Below the pieces are notes generated by a model. It had not been told where the DNA came from. It did not search any database and saw only the letters and a program-made list of their open reading frames with translations. Both the position numbers and the translations under genes were made by a program. A stretch of DNA of 64,000 nucleotides from Raillietiella orientalis. Lineage: Eukaryota. The stretch lies in assembly GCA_036172245.1 (NCBI GenBank), contig JAYWIR010000019.1:1178001-1242000 (forward strand). The letters run 5' to 3'. Below are positions 25,525 to 37,700 of the stretch, in pieces. Each line of letters begins with the position of its first letter. The first letter of the stretch is position 1.

Positions 25525-27695
25525 TTTTCACCCGGTCACGCCGGGGCGTTTATTAAAAAACACAGTACATCTGCGGTACTAGGCCCCGCTACGGCCAATA
25601 GTTCCTGGGACCTGCCAGGAAGCCGGTTCGCAGACCGGCTTGACTCTCCTCGGCAGCGGGGGGGTAGGGGGTAAAACAAAAAGAAAAATAAATGAAATAA
25701 CAAAAAGAAACTATTTGGGGGGCCGGGAAGGGATCACAACCCGCTGGAGGAAGAGACCATCCTTTCCAGGATGCCCTCGAGGTCCCTTGTCATAGCTCCC
25801 AGATGGGACCAGCCGATCGCGATTCGCAGGTAGCGACCCGCGTGTACGATGGGGTCCCTATCTCTGCTTCCTCTGTTGGCTGCGCTCCAGGCGGCCACAA
25901 TCCCTCGGAGGCAGCAAAGCGCTGCCAGGGTTGAGGCTGGTGGCAGGGCGTCTCGCACGAAGAGGAGTCTCAGAACGTCTCTGGGGGTACTGCCGCCCGG
26001 CATAGGGAGGGTCGTAGCATAACGTTCCCACAAGGGCTGGAGGGCAGCGCAGTACACTAACAGATGGGGGAGGGATTCCTTCTCCCCGCACACTGCACAG
26101 TTCTGTCCCACGTTCCCCAACGTCCAGTGGTGGCGGCGCGCGTTGCAGGGAAGACCCCAGTGCAACAACAACAGCGCCGTTTCCTGCCACTTGAGGGGGA
26201 GGGTGGATGCGTCTCTAAATAACGGAAGCCACTCTAGGTCATCCGCCGGGATGCCAAGCAGCTCGCCCCATCTCCGTATTCCATGCGGGTGAACGCTTGG
26301 GGTTGCGGCGTCTGCCAGTTCCCTCATTGTCCACCCGCTTAGATCCTTCTCCTTGCCCGCTATCCGGCAGGAGACTTGCCATCTCGGCTTCCGGCTATTT
26401 TGAAGTGCCCTTCGTAGGAAGGGCAGCGCCGTGGCCAGTGGGGTCGTCTCCGCCCAAGTGCTTCTGGCGGGACACACGATCATGTTCCGCAGCGTGCAGC
26501 GGGTGTAGATGCCGGTGCGCAGGCGGTTGCAGGATTCTCCACTGATGTGTTTCAACTTTGCCCACGTTCCAACTGTTTCTTCCAGCCATGCGCTGGAGTT
26601 GGCAGGGCTGCAGGCCATCCACCCGTTCTCCTTTGCCAGGGTGGCCATGCGTCCCAGGAGAAGTCCGCATCTTCTTATTTTCCGGCCGGGGCACAGAAGA
26701 AAAGACGCGAGTCCTTCAGTCCCGGACACACGGCTGGCGAGGAGGCTGGCTGGAACGCACCAAGGGGTGCTACACATCTTCGCCGTGATGGCTAGGGCAC
26801 GCCACCGCAGCTGTGTTTCCATTCGCTCCATCGTCAGGACGCTAAGACCTCCGTCCCGACGTGGAGCGCACAAATCCTTTAAAGGCACACGAGGCCTCCA
26901 GCCGCCCCACAGGGCGATGCGTAGGAGGTCCTTTGTTCTTTTTTTCAGTTCACGGGGTACGAGACAAACAAAAAGCAGGGGGCGAAGGAGGAGGGCCGCG
27001 AACGCGTTCCACACCGCGGCCCGTTCCGGCAAGTGAAGCTTGCCTTCCAGGAACGGGTCGATCGCTGACTCCACTTTTTGGAGACGACCTGACCAGGCTT
27101 CTGACTGGCAGAAATCCCCCAACGGAACGCCGAGGTACTTCAAGTACCTCTCCGTGGGGATCCCCAGGCGGATCCAATCAGGTCGTCCTGCCCACGTTGT
27201 ACCAACCGCAACCAGCGACGACTTCGTCCTGTTCACCCGTAGTCCTGTCCCACGGCTCAGCAAGTCGAAGAAATCCTCGACTGCCGAAGCCGGGGCGGAC
27301 ATGGGCAGCAGGAGCAGAAGATCGTAAGCATATGCCGACACGGCCGGCGTAGCTGGACACGAGCTTGGCAGGGCAGCCAATGTCACCCTGTATGCTCTCA
27401 GCACCAGTTCGAAATAGGTGCTAAAGAGCAGGGGACTCAGGCTGTCGCCCTGCCGGATGCCGCGCCTCACCGGCACGCCGAACACGTGCTGTCCTCTGAA
27501 AAACAAGTTGATGATCGCATTGCGCCAGCAGGCGCGCAGGTAGGCCGTTAAGGTGTCCGGGAAGCCCATGCGATCCAGGAGCTCCAGAAGGAGTTCCTGG
27601 TCCACGCAATGGAACGCTTTGTGCAGATCGACTGCGATCGCTAGAGCCCCCTTCCCTCCCCGGTCGTCCCTTACTTGCCCCGCTGGCGCCCCCAA
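25525..27695 (-). mobile_element. 5'-truncated L1/Tx1-like non-LTR retrotransposon (ORF2 RT + CCHC zinc finger + 3'UTR)
   Basis: ORF 25734-27695 contains VDLHKAF, GIRQGDSLSPLLF, YAYD, GLRVNRTKS, KYLGV, GGLSV and CAVCGEKESLPHLLVYC. The 3'UTR has a pyrimidine tract, hairpins, AATAAA and a terminal stem-loop ending GGGTGAAAA at ~25525. Confidence 0.92.
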
Positions 27696-27719
27696 ATCAG
27701 GGTTGCCGACATTCTATTT

Positions 27720-28465
27720 TTCCTTGTTTTCTTCCCGTTGCACATGGAACCATGTGCTGGCGAGGAACAGGTTCGCTTCCATGCTTCTGGGAAGTGTGAG
27801 CCCGCACTGTCGCAGCTGTGGAAATGAGAATCTCTCCTGCATCTGATTGTGAGTAGAGCTGCCTCCTCTGGCCTCCATGAGAATGTTTCAGCACACCCTG
27901 AGCATCCCGGCTGACAGCCCCAGGGACGTTTTCCAATTCTTCTTCGCGCAAGGTGAACTGCGACCAGCCACCTGGTCGCAGTTCATTGGATAAGAGCATT
28001 TTGATGAAGAGAATTGGAGATGGAAAGCCGCCTTTTCATCAGCTCTTAGCTGCATCAGTGGCTTTGTCGAAGTTCACAGTGAAGCCTATTGAGAACGAGA
28101 CGGAAGGGACACCATCCAACATGCTGTCCTCTTTCTGCGGAAAACAGCCAGATGGTTCCATCTTGGAGGCATGGAACTTGCCGAAATCCTAGCAAGGATG
28201 CAGAGGACTCCTTCAACCAGAATGCGATCCCATTTCTTACGCTGCAGCGTTGATTGTATTCACTTTTTAATCTATTTAATTTTTATTTTATTTTTTGTTT
28301 TCTCTTTCACCTCTGCTGCCAAGACAGACTTCTAACTTCGCTGATCGGCGTGCCAGCACATTGACAAGTTCCTTATGTAGACGAGCGTGGTAGGATCAAG
28401 TGTTATAACACTAGCTTCGTAAGTTTTTCGTCTCTTCAACAAACAGCCCGGCGTGACCGAATGGC
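27720..28465 (+). mobile_element. Decayed L1/Tx1-like 3' fragment
   Basis: LLGSVSPHCRSCGNE zinc-finger remnant, T-rich UTR, terminal CCCGGCGTGACCG motif at 28444-28463. Confidence 0.7.
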
Positions 28466-29719
28466 AAGAAAGCGATCTTTCCGTCTTGGTGCTCATTGCT
28501 TCCTATGGAGCTGATGGACAGGAGCTGGAGCTGATGGTCTTCAGATACTCTAGGTCACAGGAAGTCTTGTCGCCGCTGTGGTCGAAAAAAGGAACTCATC
28601 CTGGAAGTATCCATGCTCCAGTTGAACTCAGGGACGTCCAGAAAGTCAGATCGCGTCCAATGCAAGGTCTCTTTGAGCTCATACTGCCCGGAGGCTTTCC
28701 TGCAAGTTCCCGAGATCGACGACGGCCGGACAGAATAGGCGGGAGGTCAGCGAAACGGGTGAAGAGAACTGGGAGGAGCTACGCAGCGTCGGTGCTCGCG
28801 ACATAAGTTGTGCTTCAAAGAGCTTTTCTTTGGCAAACTCCAGCCATTCGCGCGCTGATGGCACAGACTCGTCACTTCAGTCATCACATCATTCCTGAAA
28901 ATGGAGCGACTTGGCGACCTTCAAAAACATTGGCTCTTAAAGATCGTAAAATGACATTTAGCTACTTTGGCAGCTGACACTGCCCTTGCGGGTCTCCATA
29001 CGAAAACAAGAAAATGAAAATAATGGAAACGGAGAATTTCTGGTGCACACGTGTTTTGCTAAGAAGGGTCTAGAAAGAAAGCTGCTTTCTGAACACGTGA
29101 CTGGAAACTGCATGTCCCCAGATGCCACTCGGAAAACGCAAGCAAGGAAATGGTAGTTGGGTTTTCCGAATGCCATCTACAATAAGGTGACGATAGCTTT
29201 TTCGTTTCACTGCCTTTGGCCACCATGATGGAAGCTTCCAGATTCGTTCAGCGTGCCTGAACAGCTGCTTCCTTTGCGAGTATGCGGGGAATCTTCTCAT
29301 CACACGTTCCGATGCACCCAACTTTTCCAAGATCCAGCTTTTCGCAAACTGAAACCCACTGACCGATCTATTCGCGGGCACACCCCGACGTCTCTTTCGC
29401 GGACGAAAGGCGGTTGTCGCGTGTGAACCGCGCTGGTGTTGATTCGCGCATCCACCACTGTTCGAGGAACATGGCCAGCAGCGCAGAGTTAAGGAGAAAA
29501 AAACGGATCCAGCAAGAAGTGCATCACCTACATAGAATACTGAGCAGCCTTTGCAAAACCTCCATCGACTACTATTGTCTATGTTGAAACAGCTGCAAAT
29601 GGTTGGTCGATAACTCTTGAATTCGCTCCAGATAGTTAGTTTTTCAGTATATGGCTCACTGGAATTTCAAAGCGCTCGCCTCCTCTGGGCAATCATGGAC
29701 TGAATTCGATCTTTGAACA

Positions 29720-30310
29720 AGTGTGTGTTGAGATTTAAGGAGCAAGAGAGAACCTGGAAACTCTATCCGGACTTGTGCAATCTGAAGTGCCTCCTTGGTA
29801 TACTGGGGATGTAGCTCAGTGGTAGAGCGTTTGCTTTGCATATGAAAGGCCCCGGGTTCGATCCTCGGCATCTCCAACTCTTCATTTTAGGAGATTTGCA
29901 GCTCAACCAGCGTAGGAACCGGGATTCTGGGGACGTTTTTGTGTTTCGGAACTGTGTCCCGCATCTCCTTTTGGACTGTGGCACCCTCCAGGAACTTTGG
30001 CGGAGGCTGAACTCAGCACTCCTGCATACCGGAGGCACTGCAACGGACTTGCTGCGGCGATTCTTCGCAAGTGGTGAAGATACGACAAGTAGCGTCCCCT
30101 TGTTGCATCGGTGCCATCGCTACAACTCGCCATTTGCTTGAGTCTCGGGAGCAGCAGCGAACGGAATCCGCCAGCATCGCAGGCTGCCCACATGAGGACG
30201 GCTGCCAGGTGACCTCACTAGACGAGGAAGTCAAGAATGCGATTGCTGATATCCTGCGCCGCTTCCGGAAGGAAAGTACGGACATTGTCGTGACCCTTCT
30301 CTCTCTTCCT
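29720..30310 (+). mobile_element. Decayed L1/Tx1-like 3' fragment, family B, interrupted or headed by tRNA-Ala
   Basis: NQRRNR...PHLLLDCGTLQELWRRLN...DLLRRFFA...AIADILRRF downstream of the tRNA. Weaker similarity (acttgtgca..gtgcc) lies upstream of it. Confidence 0.75.
29805..29876 (+). tRNA. tRNA-Ala(UGC), possibly pseudo-tRNA
   Basis: GGGGATG/CATCTCC acceptor stem with G3:U70, D arm GCTC/GAGC, anticodon loop TT-TGC-AT, T loop TTCGATC, and TTTT about 9 nt downstream. The anticodon stem TTTGC/ATGAA has two wobbles and a C-A mismatch. Confidence 0.85.
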
Positions 30311-30312
30311 TT

Positions 30313-30810
30313 TCATACAATTGCTTCTTCATCACTCCCGGCCGTTTCGGACCATTCCCGGCTGTTACGAGTGTTCTCCCTTCGCTGCGCCCGCGACTCC
30401 AGCACAGGTCGGACAGTCAATAGGGCGCAGATGCAGCACATCTTCATTATTATGGTTCCCGGAAAAAGTTCCCGGTGTGCAAGGAATCGCTGCAGCAAGT
30501 ACCTGGCGGTGTCTTCGGGGTGCACGAAAGCCGAGACCAGCCTCCGCAACAGTGCTTAAACAGACCGTGCTTTCATCTGCGCCTGGTCACGCCGGGGCTC
30601 TTACAGTAAAAAGTAAGCCAACAAGTTGGAAACGCAGCTCCCTGTGGAGGAAGCTCACTGGGAGTCTGTTTCTTGGAGGAACATGGAAAGCCAAAGACCC
30701 TGCCTCTGCCTTCCAGTTTATTTATTTTCCGTTCTTTGTCTCTATGTCCCCCTTGCAGCTGCGTCAGCGAACTCCAACTAGGACGAATATTCTCCGTGAA
30801 CAAGCCGGTC
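30313..30810. mobile_element. Cluster of short LINE 3' fragments on both strands
   Basis: Minus strand: TARYLLQRFLAHRELFP...MCCICA (30313-30549) and a terminal hairpin at 30580-30600. Plus strand: T-rich UTR-like piece at 30700-30810. Confidence 0.55.
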
Positions 30811-32639
30811 ACCTAATCCCTTGCATATCCGAAGGTCCCCTTGGTTTATGGCTTTTTGCTTAGGGAGCAACCCACCGTCTTGCAGTCGGGTAATCCAGAG
30901 AGCAGCATGTTCCACCTAACAGCAGTCAAGCAGTCCGCCGTACATTCTGCAGCCTCCTGTACCCCGAATGCTCAGACGGATTGTCCACTTCCTTTACCAC
31001 CTGTGTTTTTGCGCGTCCTCTCCCTGCTCGGCTAGAGCGCCTGCAGAGCAAACGCCCTTTTCGGAACCTGCGAGGTCCTCGATCCGCCTCAAAGACATGG
31101 AAGCTCCGCGTCGTGATGCCCGCTCGCGCATACCGACGCAATACTCTTTGCCACAGAGATAATCGGGAAGAATCGGGGGCCTTGAGCCATGCCTTGGACC
31201 TCCACTTTTTGTGCTCCGGCTACGCCTCATCCTTCGAGGATGCGTCGGCAGAGAGGAATTCTCTTCGTTGCTGCCGGGCTTCCAGGACAGGATGCGGGGA
31301 TTCGACTTCCCCTTGAGACAGCTAGAAGCCTATCTGCTTCCCAAAGAACTTTGACACCTGGAGGCAGGAAACGGTTGCGCCCAGGGCTGCATACCAGGGA
31401 ATGAACCCGCAGGAACATTGCCCTCTGGACCAATTTCTCAGCCATCCTTTAGCAGCGGTGATGAAGAACTCGGCAAAGTGGTCCACCCTGACCGCCATAC
31501 TCTTTGCCGCAGTGCTAGCTATGAAAGCTGCTAACCGGCGGGCTGGGAGTTTCTCTGCACCGTTGCAGTGAAGACAGAAGAACTCGTTCGCCGCTGGAAG
31601 ACTTTCCCCAGACACTCGCCCTCTAGCGACCGCGCTCCTTCCTCGCGTCGCAGGCTCTAGGAGCCCCCTAAAGTCGGCGGCCTGCGGACCGGTAGGGACA
31701 AGTTCGCCAAGACAGTCAGAAAGCCCTGTGTTCTGACTGGAAAACACTTATAGACTTCAATATAAAATTTGATTGTAAAATTTTAATAATAAAAGACCCG
31801 GCTTATGGGGGTGAAAAACCCTGTGACCAGGAACTCTTCAAAGAAGACGATCTTGCGAAGAAAAATCGCCTTCTTGAAGAGTTCCCGCGAAGAAAAAAGC
31901 TAACTGCGATTACAAACTTGAGCCAAAGACTCACAAAAACAGGCTTCTCTTTAGGAATTAACGTGTAGGATGTGTTAGAAGTGCAGTCAAATCGCTCACG
32001 GCTTTGGTAGACTTATTCAGAGGCTTATTGGTAGATTTCTACCAATGAGCCTGTGAATAAAGCGTAGCGAAGGTTTCCGAAAAAGACGAAAGCTGGAAAG
32101 TGCGAATCAGTGCGAATGCCGGCGCTCTCTGGCATCAGTTGACTGTGGCATTCCCTCAGTGCAGTTTCCCCAGAATTGGTCTTCCGTCCATTTCCAAATG
32201 GCACTTTGCAAGCGGACAACGAGCGTCACCATTCTCTTTCAGGCGACTAAAGATACGGCCTCGTTTTTGCCTCCAGTTCGCTTCCGAGGGATGTAAGGGG
32301 ATCCTCCGAAACGCTGCCAACCGTACTGGGTGCGCAGATACTTGCTATGCATTCCTATGACATGTGAGCGTGAGTGGACTGCATTTACTGCAGTTACAAA
32401 ATGGTTTTTGGGGTCCCAGTGAGCCGAACCACTACCAAGCCCCGACGCTGTCGATTCAAAGTTCTCCAAGAGAACTCTCGGTCACGGGGACGTCGAGAAA
32501 ATTTTTCCTCCTCCTTTGCCTCCAAATGCAGAATGCCTGCTCTTCATCGTTCCCTTCTGTTGCAGAAAAACCTGAGCTCCTGACCATCCAAACATCCTCG
32601 GATTTTATGTAATAAAGGTTCAGTATTAAAATTACCTGA

Positions 32640-33820
32640 CACTTCGTTTGCATTGCTGAAACTGCAGGCTAAGATCGCCTTCTCAGAATGGTATTCAAGA
32701 AGCGACACTGGTGAAGAGGGCGGAAAAGAAGCTGCAGGTTAGCTGACAGTGAAATTTCGCTTACAGGACTTATCGTTCTGAGAAAATAGAAGGGTAGCAG
32801 TTTCTCAAAGGGGTTCCTCTGTACGATATCTCTCTTCGTGATATCATAGTGTGCATCCCAAAATTAAAAAGAAGGTAGCCGACGGCAAAAGGAACCGTGG
32901 GCCATGAACAGGGAAATCGGAAATATAAGAATCGGATTCACAGTTCATGGCGTGTAAACGCATAGGTGCTCCTTGAGTATTGAAGTCTTCAACATCCAGT
33001 GGTAGAGTCAGCAGTGCATCTGCCAAGTATTATCTCATGAGTTGGCCGCCTGAAGGGAGAAAGCACTACATTCAAAAGTTACAGCATCCAAAGCTGATTT
33101 TTTCAAAAAAAGCTGACGAGGCGTGTGAGGCAGTGGTCAAGGCATGTGATGGTGCCCCACAGACTCTGAAATTTGAAATGACTACACAATAAAATGCGGT
33201 GTGGAAATGGCGGTGTTTGCATGCGCTCCTGGATTTCACAGGCAATCGTGCGCGCAATCAAATATCTGTTTTTTTTTTTTTTTTTTTCAGAGCTTTGATT
33301 CAAGGAAAGCACAGAAGGGAGAAAATGCAGCGTTTCTCTGTAAGATAATTTGCACTGAAACAAACACCATGACATCGTCCGCAAAAACATCAGTTTTACA
33401 TTGTGAAACTGGAAAATCACAAGATTCACACCCTCGTGCAGTAATGCGACACGGCGAAGTTTCCAGCTACTCCTTGGGTTTCTCTGTCAGTGTAATAGTG
33501 AATATTTATGGCCTTCTGATCGGAAGATGTATAGGAGGAGCCTGTTGTCCTAGAGGGGCCTCTAATTGTATCAATGTTCTTTGGTGGTAGATTCTGTCCA
33601 TCCTTCGCAAATGAAAGGTTTTCTCCAGCAAGAAGATTCAACTCAATGATGCTGACGTGGACTCTTCTGCACCAGAATCCAGGCTGCAAAGAAAAGAATC
33701 GCCTACAAAGAGCTCTGTGAGAAGTCCGCTGCAAAAATTCATCCTGATCGTTGCCAGCTACGCGGTTGAGAATGGGAAGATCGAGCAAACTCGGACTCTC
33801 CGTGTTTTAAGATTAGGTTC
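32640..33820 (+). pseudogene. Possible NB-ARC(-LRR) STAND gene relic
   Basis: LLKLQAKI (RNBS-A-like), EAVVKACDGAPQTLK (GLPL-like), KIHTLVQ (MHD-like) and LRVLRL (LRR-like) occur in order. No clear P-loop was found. Confidence 0.3.
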
Positions 33821-34446
33821 GTTACTGCCAGCGTAAACGCAAAACCGAGATCTCCGTAGAGACCAGTCGACGCTGCAGCTGCAAGCATCCCAACTGTAGC
33901 AGCATCCCTTCCTTTTGTCAGCAAGGAATTGCCTAGGCGGGAGTTCCGCAGAGAGCAACTTGCTTCCTGGCCTCTCCTAAGCAGGCTTGAGGTCTCGAAT
34001 CAAATCGCACTCTATCGCTGTGGGAATACAACGGGAAATTTCCCCATTCGCGGTACACTTTTAATTTCGCAAAAAGGAATTTTGAACACCTACCCTGATG
34101 AGGAATGAAACAAATCGCTGCTCAGGTGGGAGGTGGTTCACCATGTTTGAGTTGATCAAGGATCTCGATGCCTGCATTTCGCTTCTCACCTGGAACGCAT
34201 TGGGTACCGTTGTCAATTTCAGTTCAAAGCCCTCAGCTATGTCTCCGGCTCGAAAATTGATCCTGGCTGGTAAATGCAGGCGCAAGATCGGAAAGGTTGC
34301 CAAATCTCTCCTTGATCGGATGCTGAAAGAGAGATTTCGCCATTTCTGTTGGGGTCGTAAGAACGCGCGTGTCTTTGAAGCCGCTGGTTACAACGGAGGA
34401 TGCGGTCCAAGTGAAGAGACCGCAGCATGGAAGCTTTTGAAAAATC

Positions 34447-34773
34447 TCACGTTATTTGTCTCAAAGTGTCCTCAACGGTCAGCGCGCCACCAGGCTGCAG
34501 GCCGAAAGTGGCAGAAAATTCTCCAATGACGTTTTCGGGAGATGCTTGGATGTCGTTCGGCTGAATGCTGCTTCTGAATGCGTCTCCAGTTGGAACACTT
34601 ATCCCTACCTGAAGCTGGAGCTCGCAGACCGTGTTACGAGGATACAATCCTGGAAAATCTGGAGTTCTGAACACAACTGCATCCACCCGCTGTCCAGAGG
34701 TGCTGTTTAGAGTGCAAGTCCCTGTCACATTCTGAATGGAAAATCGGAGTTCAGGAGAAATGCTCCCCAGCAA
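34447..34773 (-). pseudogene. CUB-domain fragment
   Basis: C...VFRTPDFPGLYPRNTVCELQLQV resembles the CUB N-terminal SPxYPxxYPxNxxCxWxI motif. Confidence 0.45.
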
Positions 34774-37700
34774 AGATCCTCCTCGAAAGTGTGCTGGCCC
34801 ACGTTGGTCATGAGCCTCCTGGTGAGCCCAAGAATTTGCCTGAAAACAACAGCAGGATCGAGTTTCGTGTTTTTAAACCTCCGAAAGACAGAGCGAAATT
34901 CCTCGTTCACGTGCAATTTGTGTGAAATCGCATCATCATAACATGAGAAGGCGACAAATGTCCTTGTTTATCTCCAGCACAGCATCTGAGGTTCTCTGTC
35001 ATCAAAATTATCCAGCATCTACTTGTAAAGTAATGTCCTGGGGCATATGGCACAGTTGCGGGCAATTGATGAGAGAAGTTCGATTGAACCACGCAAGAAA
35101 TGGGAGGAAGGAGTGAGAAACTGTCCTCTTCTGATTTCTCAACTGCGGTCACTGGTAGTTTTTTGAACTGCGGATGGTTCTCGTAACGCGATGAATTCGA
35201 AGTCTGAAGTCTTGAAGAACTGCCCACGGTCAGCACCTCCAGCACAGATCGTGATTCGTGTGAACAAGAAGCTCAGCGCAGTGACACTGTGTGACCCCGA
35301 ACGTTGTTCTTGCTGTGCAATTTCCATGCAAGTGTCCTTGTCAGCATGGGACTCAACCGAGTGCAGACTCCACTTTGCAAACGAGTCGAGTCCCGTCGAA
35401 CCATCTAATGTGGACACTCATATCAGCCGAAGGAGGAAAGGATCGAGGATAAGCGTCCAGGTACTTGCCGAATTCAAAATCACGCTGCCTTGCGTCTCCC
35501 TATCTTCGTGGTCCGTCATTGACCGATACTTGAAATCTGCGAAATTCGGACCCTCTGCTTAGAATGAGCGCGTAAAAGCAATTCGTCGCCTGTGGGAGTT
35601 TCCCGAGCAAAGCAGCGGCTCTGGAAATACCGCCACAGAGAGCATTTCTTCGTGCATCCCAAAAGTGCAAACAGAATATTCAAAGGAGAGAAATCCCATC
35701 TGTTGAAAAAAAGTCATCTCTAGAACATCTATAATGGGTTCAGCGTCGAATCAGGACGCAGCGACGAACACCAGTCATTCATAGAAACTGAAACATTCAT
35801 AATCATCAGATTATCGCTCCACAGATGTCCATAGTCACTGATAACTGGAATGACCCAAGGCAATTCTTAAAACTTGGAAGACCTTCAATGCGCTTCAGAA
35901 TGACGCAATCTCTCATTACGCCTGTACGAGGACACCGAATGGAATAATCTGTCATTCTACAAGACTTCGAATTCATCCGACTAATGAAACAGTGGAGTTT
36001 CAGGAGGATGTTTAGAAATTTTCCTTGCGTCAAAGATGTGGTTAACCAGATAGATGCATTCCTTGGCCACGTACGCACATCAGATGCAACACAGGATCAC
36101 GTCAAAGTAAATCCGTGCGGCCTTCGAAGTAGCTGTCGTTCAGAACATGCTCTACCCTGTGGCAGGAGGAAAATTCCTGTTTCAAAACGAAAATACCATG
36201 GAAGTCTGCATCCTTGGCAAAACATGCTGTAAGGGAAGGTGAGTCGAAGACTGGCATGGTGAGGGCAGCATTGCGTCGCTGCAGATTTGAATGCTCGTGT
36301 GTCGAGTGTCCGGCGAAACACTTGATTCCCTTGCAAAGGTGCTGCTTTTCCAAACTGTGGCTTTGCCTCCCTCTAATGCAAAAGATGCGCACAAATGGGC
36401 GCTCTTACGGAGGTCTCATTGGGAGCGGGTAAAATGGTTTCCGGAATGCATGATGAATGAGAAGTAGGGAACTTCCTCGGCTGAGGATGTTCGCAGTGGA
36501 AGTACTGCAGCGCAATGAAAGACAGGAGATGCGCACAATGTGAGAGTAGCGCTGCTTTCTCTGATTGAGAGAGTCAGGTTCAGCAAAAAAGATATCTAGG
36601 GATCGAGGAGCAGTTGCCTGAGTTCCGACTTGCCTCTCCTCGAGAGGAGCCGTCAGAACACATTCCCGGCAGGCTTCGTATGTTTCGTCTTGTATGTGTT
36701 TTTTTTTTTTTGGAGGGTGGAGGAAAGGGGGAGGGAAGATCCCTGCTTTAGGACTGCTAGAAAGTTTCACGAGATTTCGGTTGCGCTCAAGCCAGAGGAT
36801 GCGGATCAGAAAACTAGGCAAATCAACGCCCGGTCTTTCTCTGTCCTTAGAAAAACCGTTCGGAACCAGTCAAAAGTCCTATTTCGGATCTCCTGCACCC
36901 TTTTGCTTAAAATTTCTCTCTCAGTCAAGCAAAGCGTAACTGAAGATGCCCACTCTTCTTGGAGGTCCAATAAGAACTGTTCCTCCCATTTTCAGATTGA
37001 CTTGAGAGTGGCAGCGACCGTTCTTGCCCACGGAATGCCCTACTCACGCACGTCATCCACCCTTGCTTGCAGAACTCGCAAGCCAACACCGAAATTCTCG
37101 TCAGCAACCGGAAACGCGACACCTGCTTAAGGTGATGCAAACCTCAGCTCTCGGATCGCACGCCGATTGCGGTTCCCTTGAGAGAATCCCTCTCTTTTTG
37201 CGATGACACCGGAGAACGCTGTCGCCTGCCACATGAGTGGTGCACTGAAGTCGTTGGAACGTAGGGAAAACGCGATTCCGGAATTGCAAGCTGCTTGCTC
37301 TCTAACGTAGTGCTTCACTGCATGAAGGTCTTTGAACGTCACACAGGAGTCAAGGTCGCGTGGACTCTGTGGATTCCTGGGATGCGATTTGCCGAAACAG
37401 CACCGACTCGAGCGCGGGAAAATAAATAAAAGAACGAATTTACATATACCACCAGCATGAACAGGATGACACCAGGTAGATGCCGCTTTCCAGCAGAAGA
37501 CTCCATGATTTCTCAAATCCCCACGCGACTATTCTACGGTTGTCACCCAAACTGTGAACTTGAACGACTTGCCAGGAACAAAATGCAGCTCACAGGGGGA
37601 ACGCAGCTGCTTTTGGTTGACGTGAGAGTGGTGCGATACAAATTACGGAAACACCATAAATCAGCAAACGTTAGGAAATTTGCTCCACGTCAATGATGCA

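Noticed and set aside
25612..25656. GCCGGTC...CCGG resemblance to the twister ribozyme P4
   Set aside because: The conserved UAA cleavage-site loop and pseudoknot partners are absent.
34094..34116. CTGATGAG...GAAAC as a hammerhead ribozyme
   Set aside because: No stem II and no complementary stem I/III arms found.
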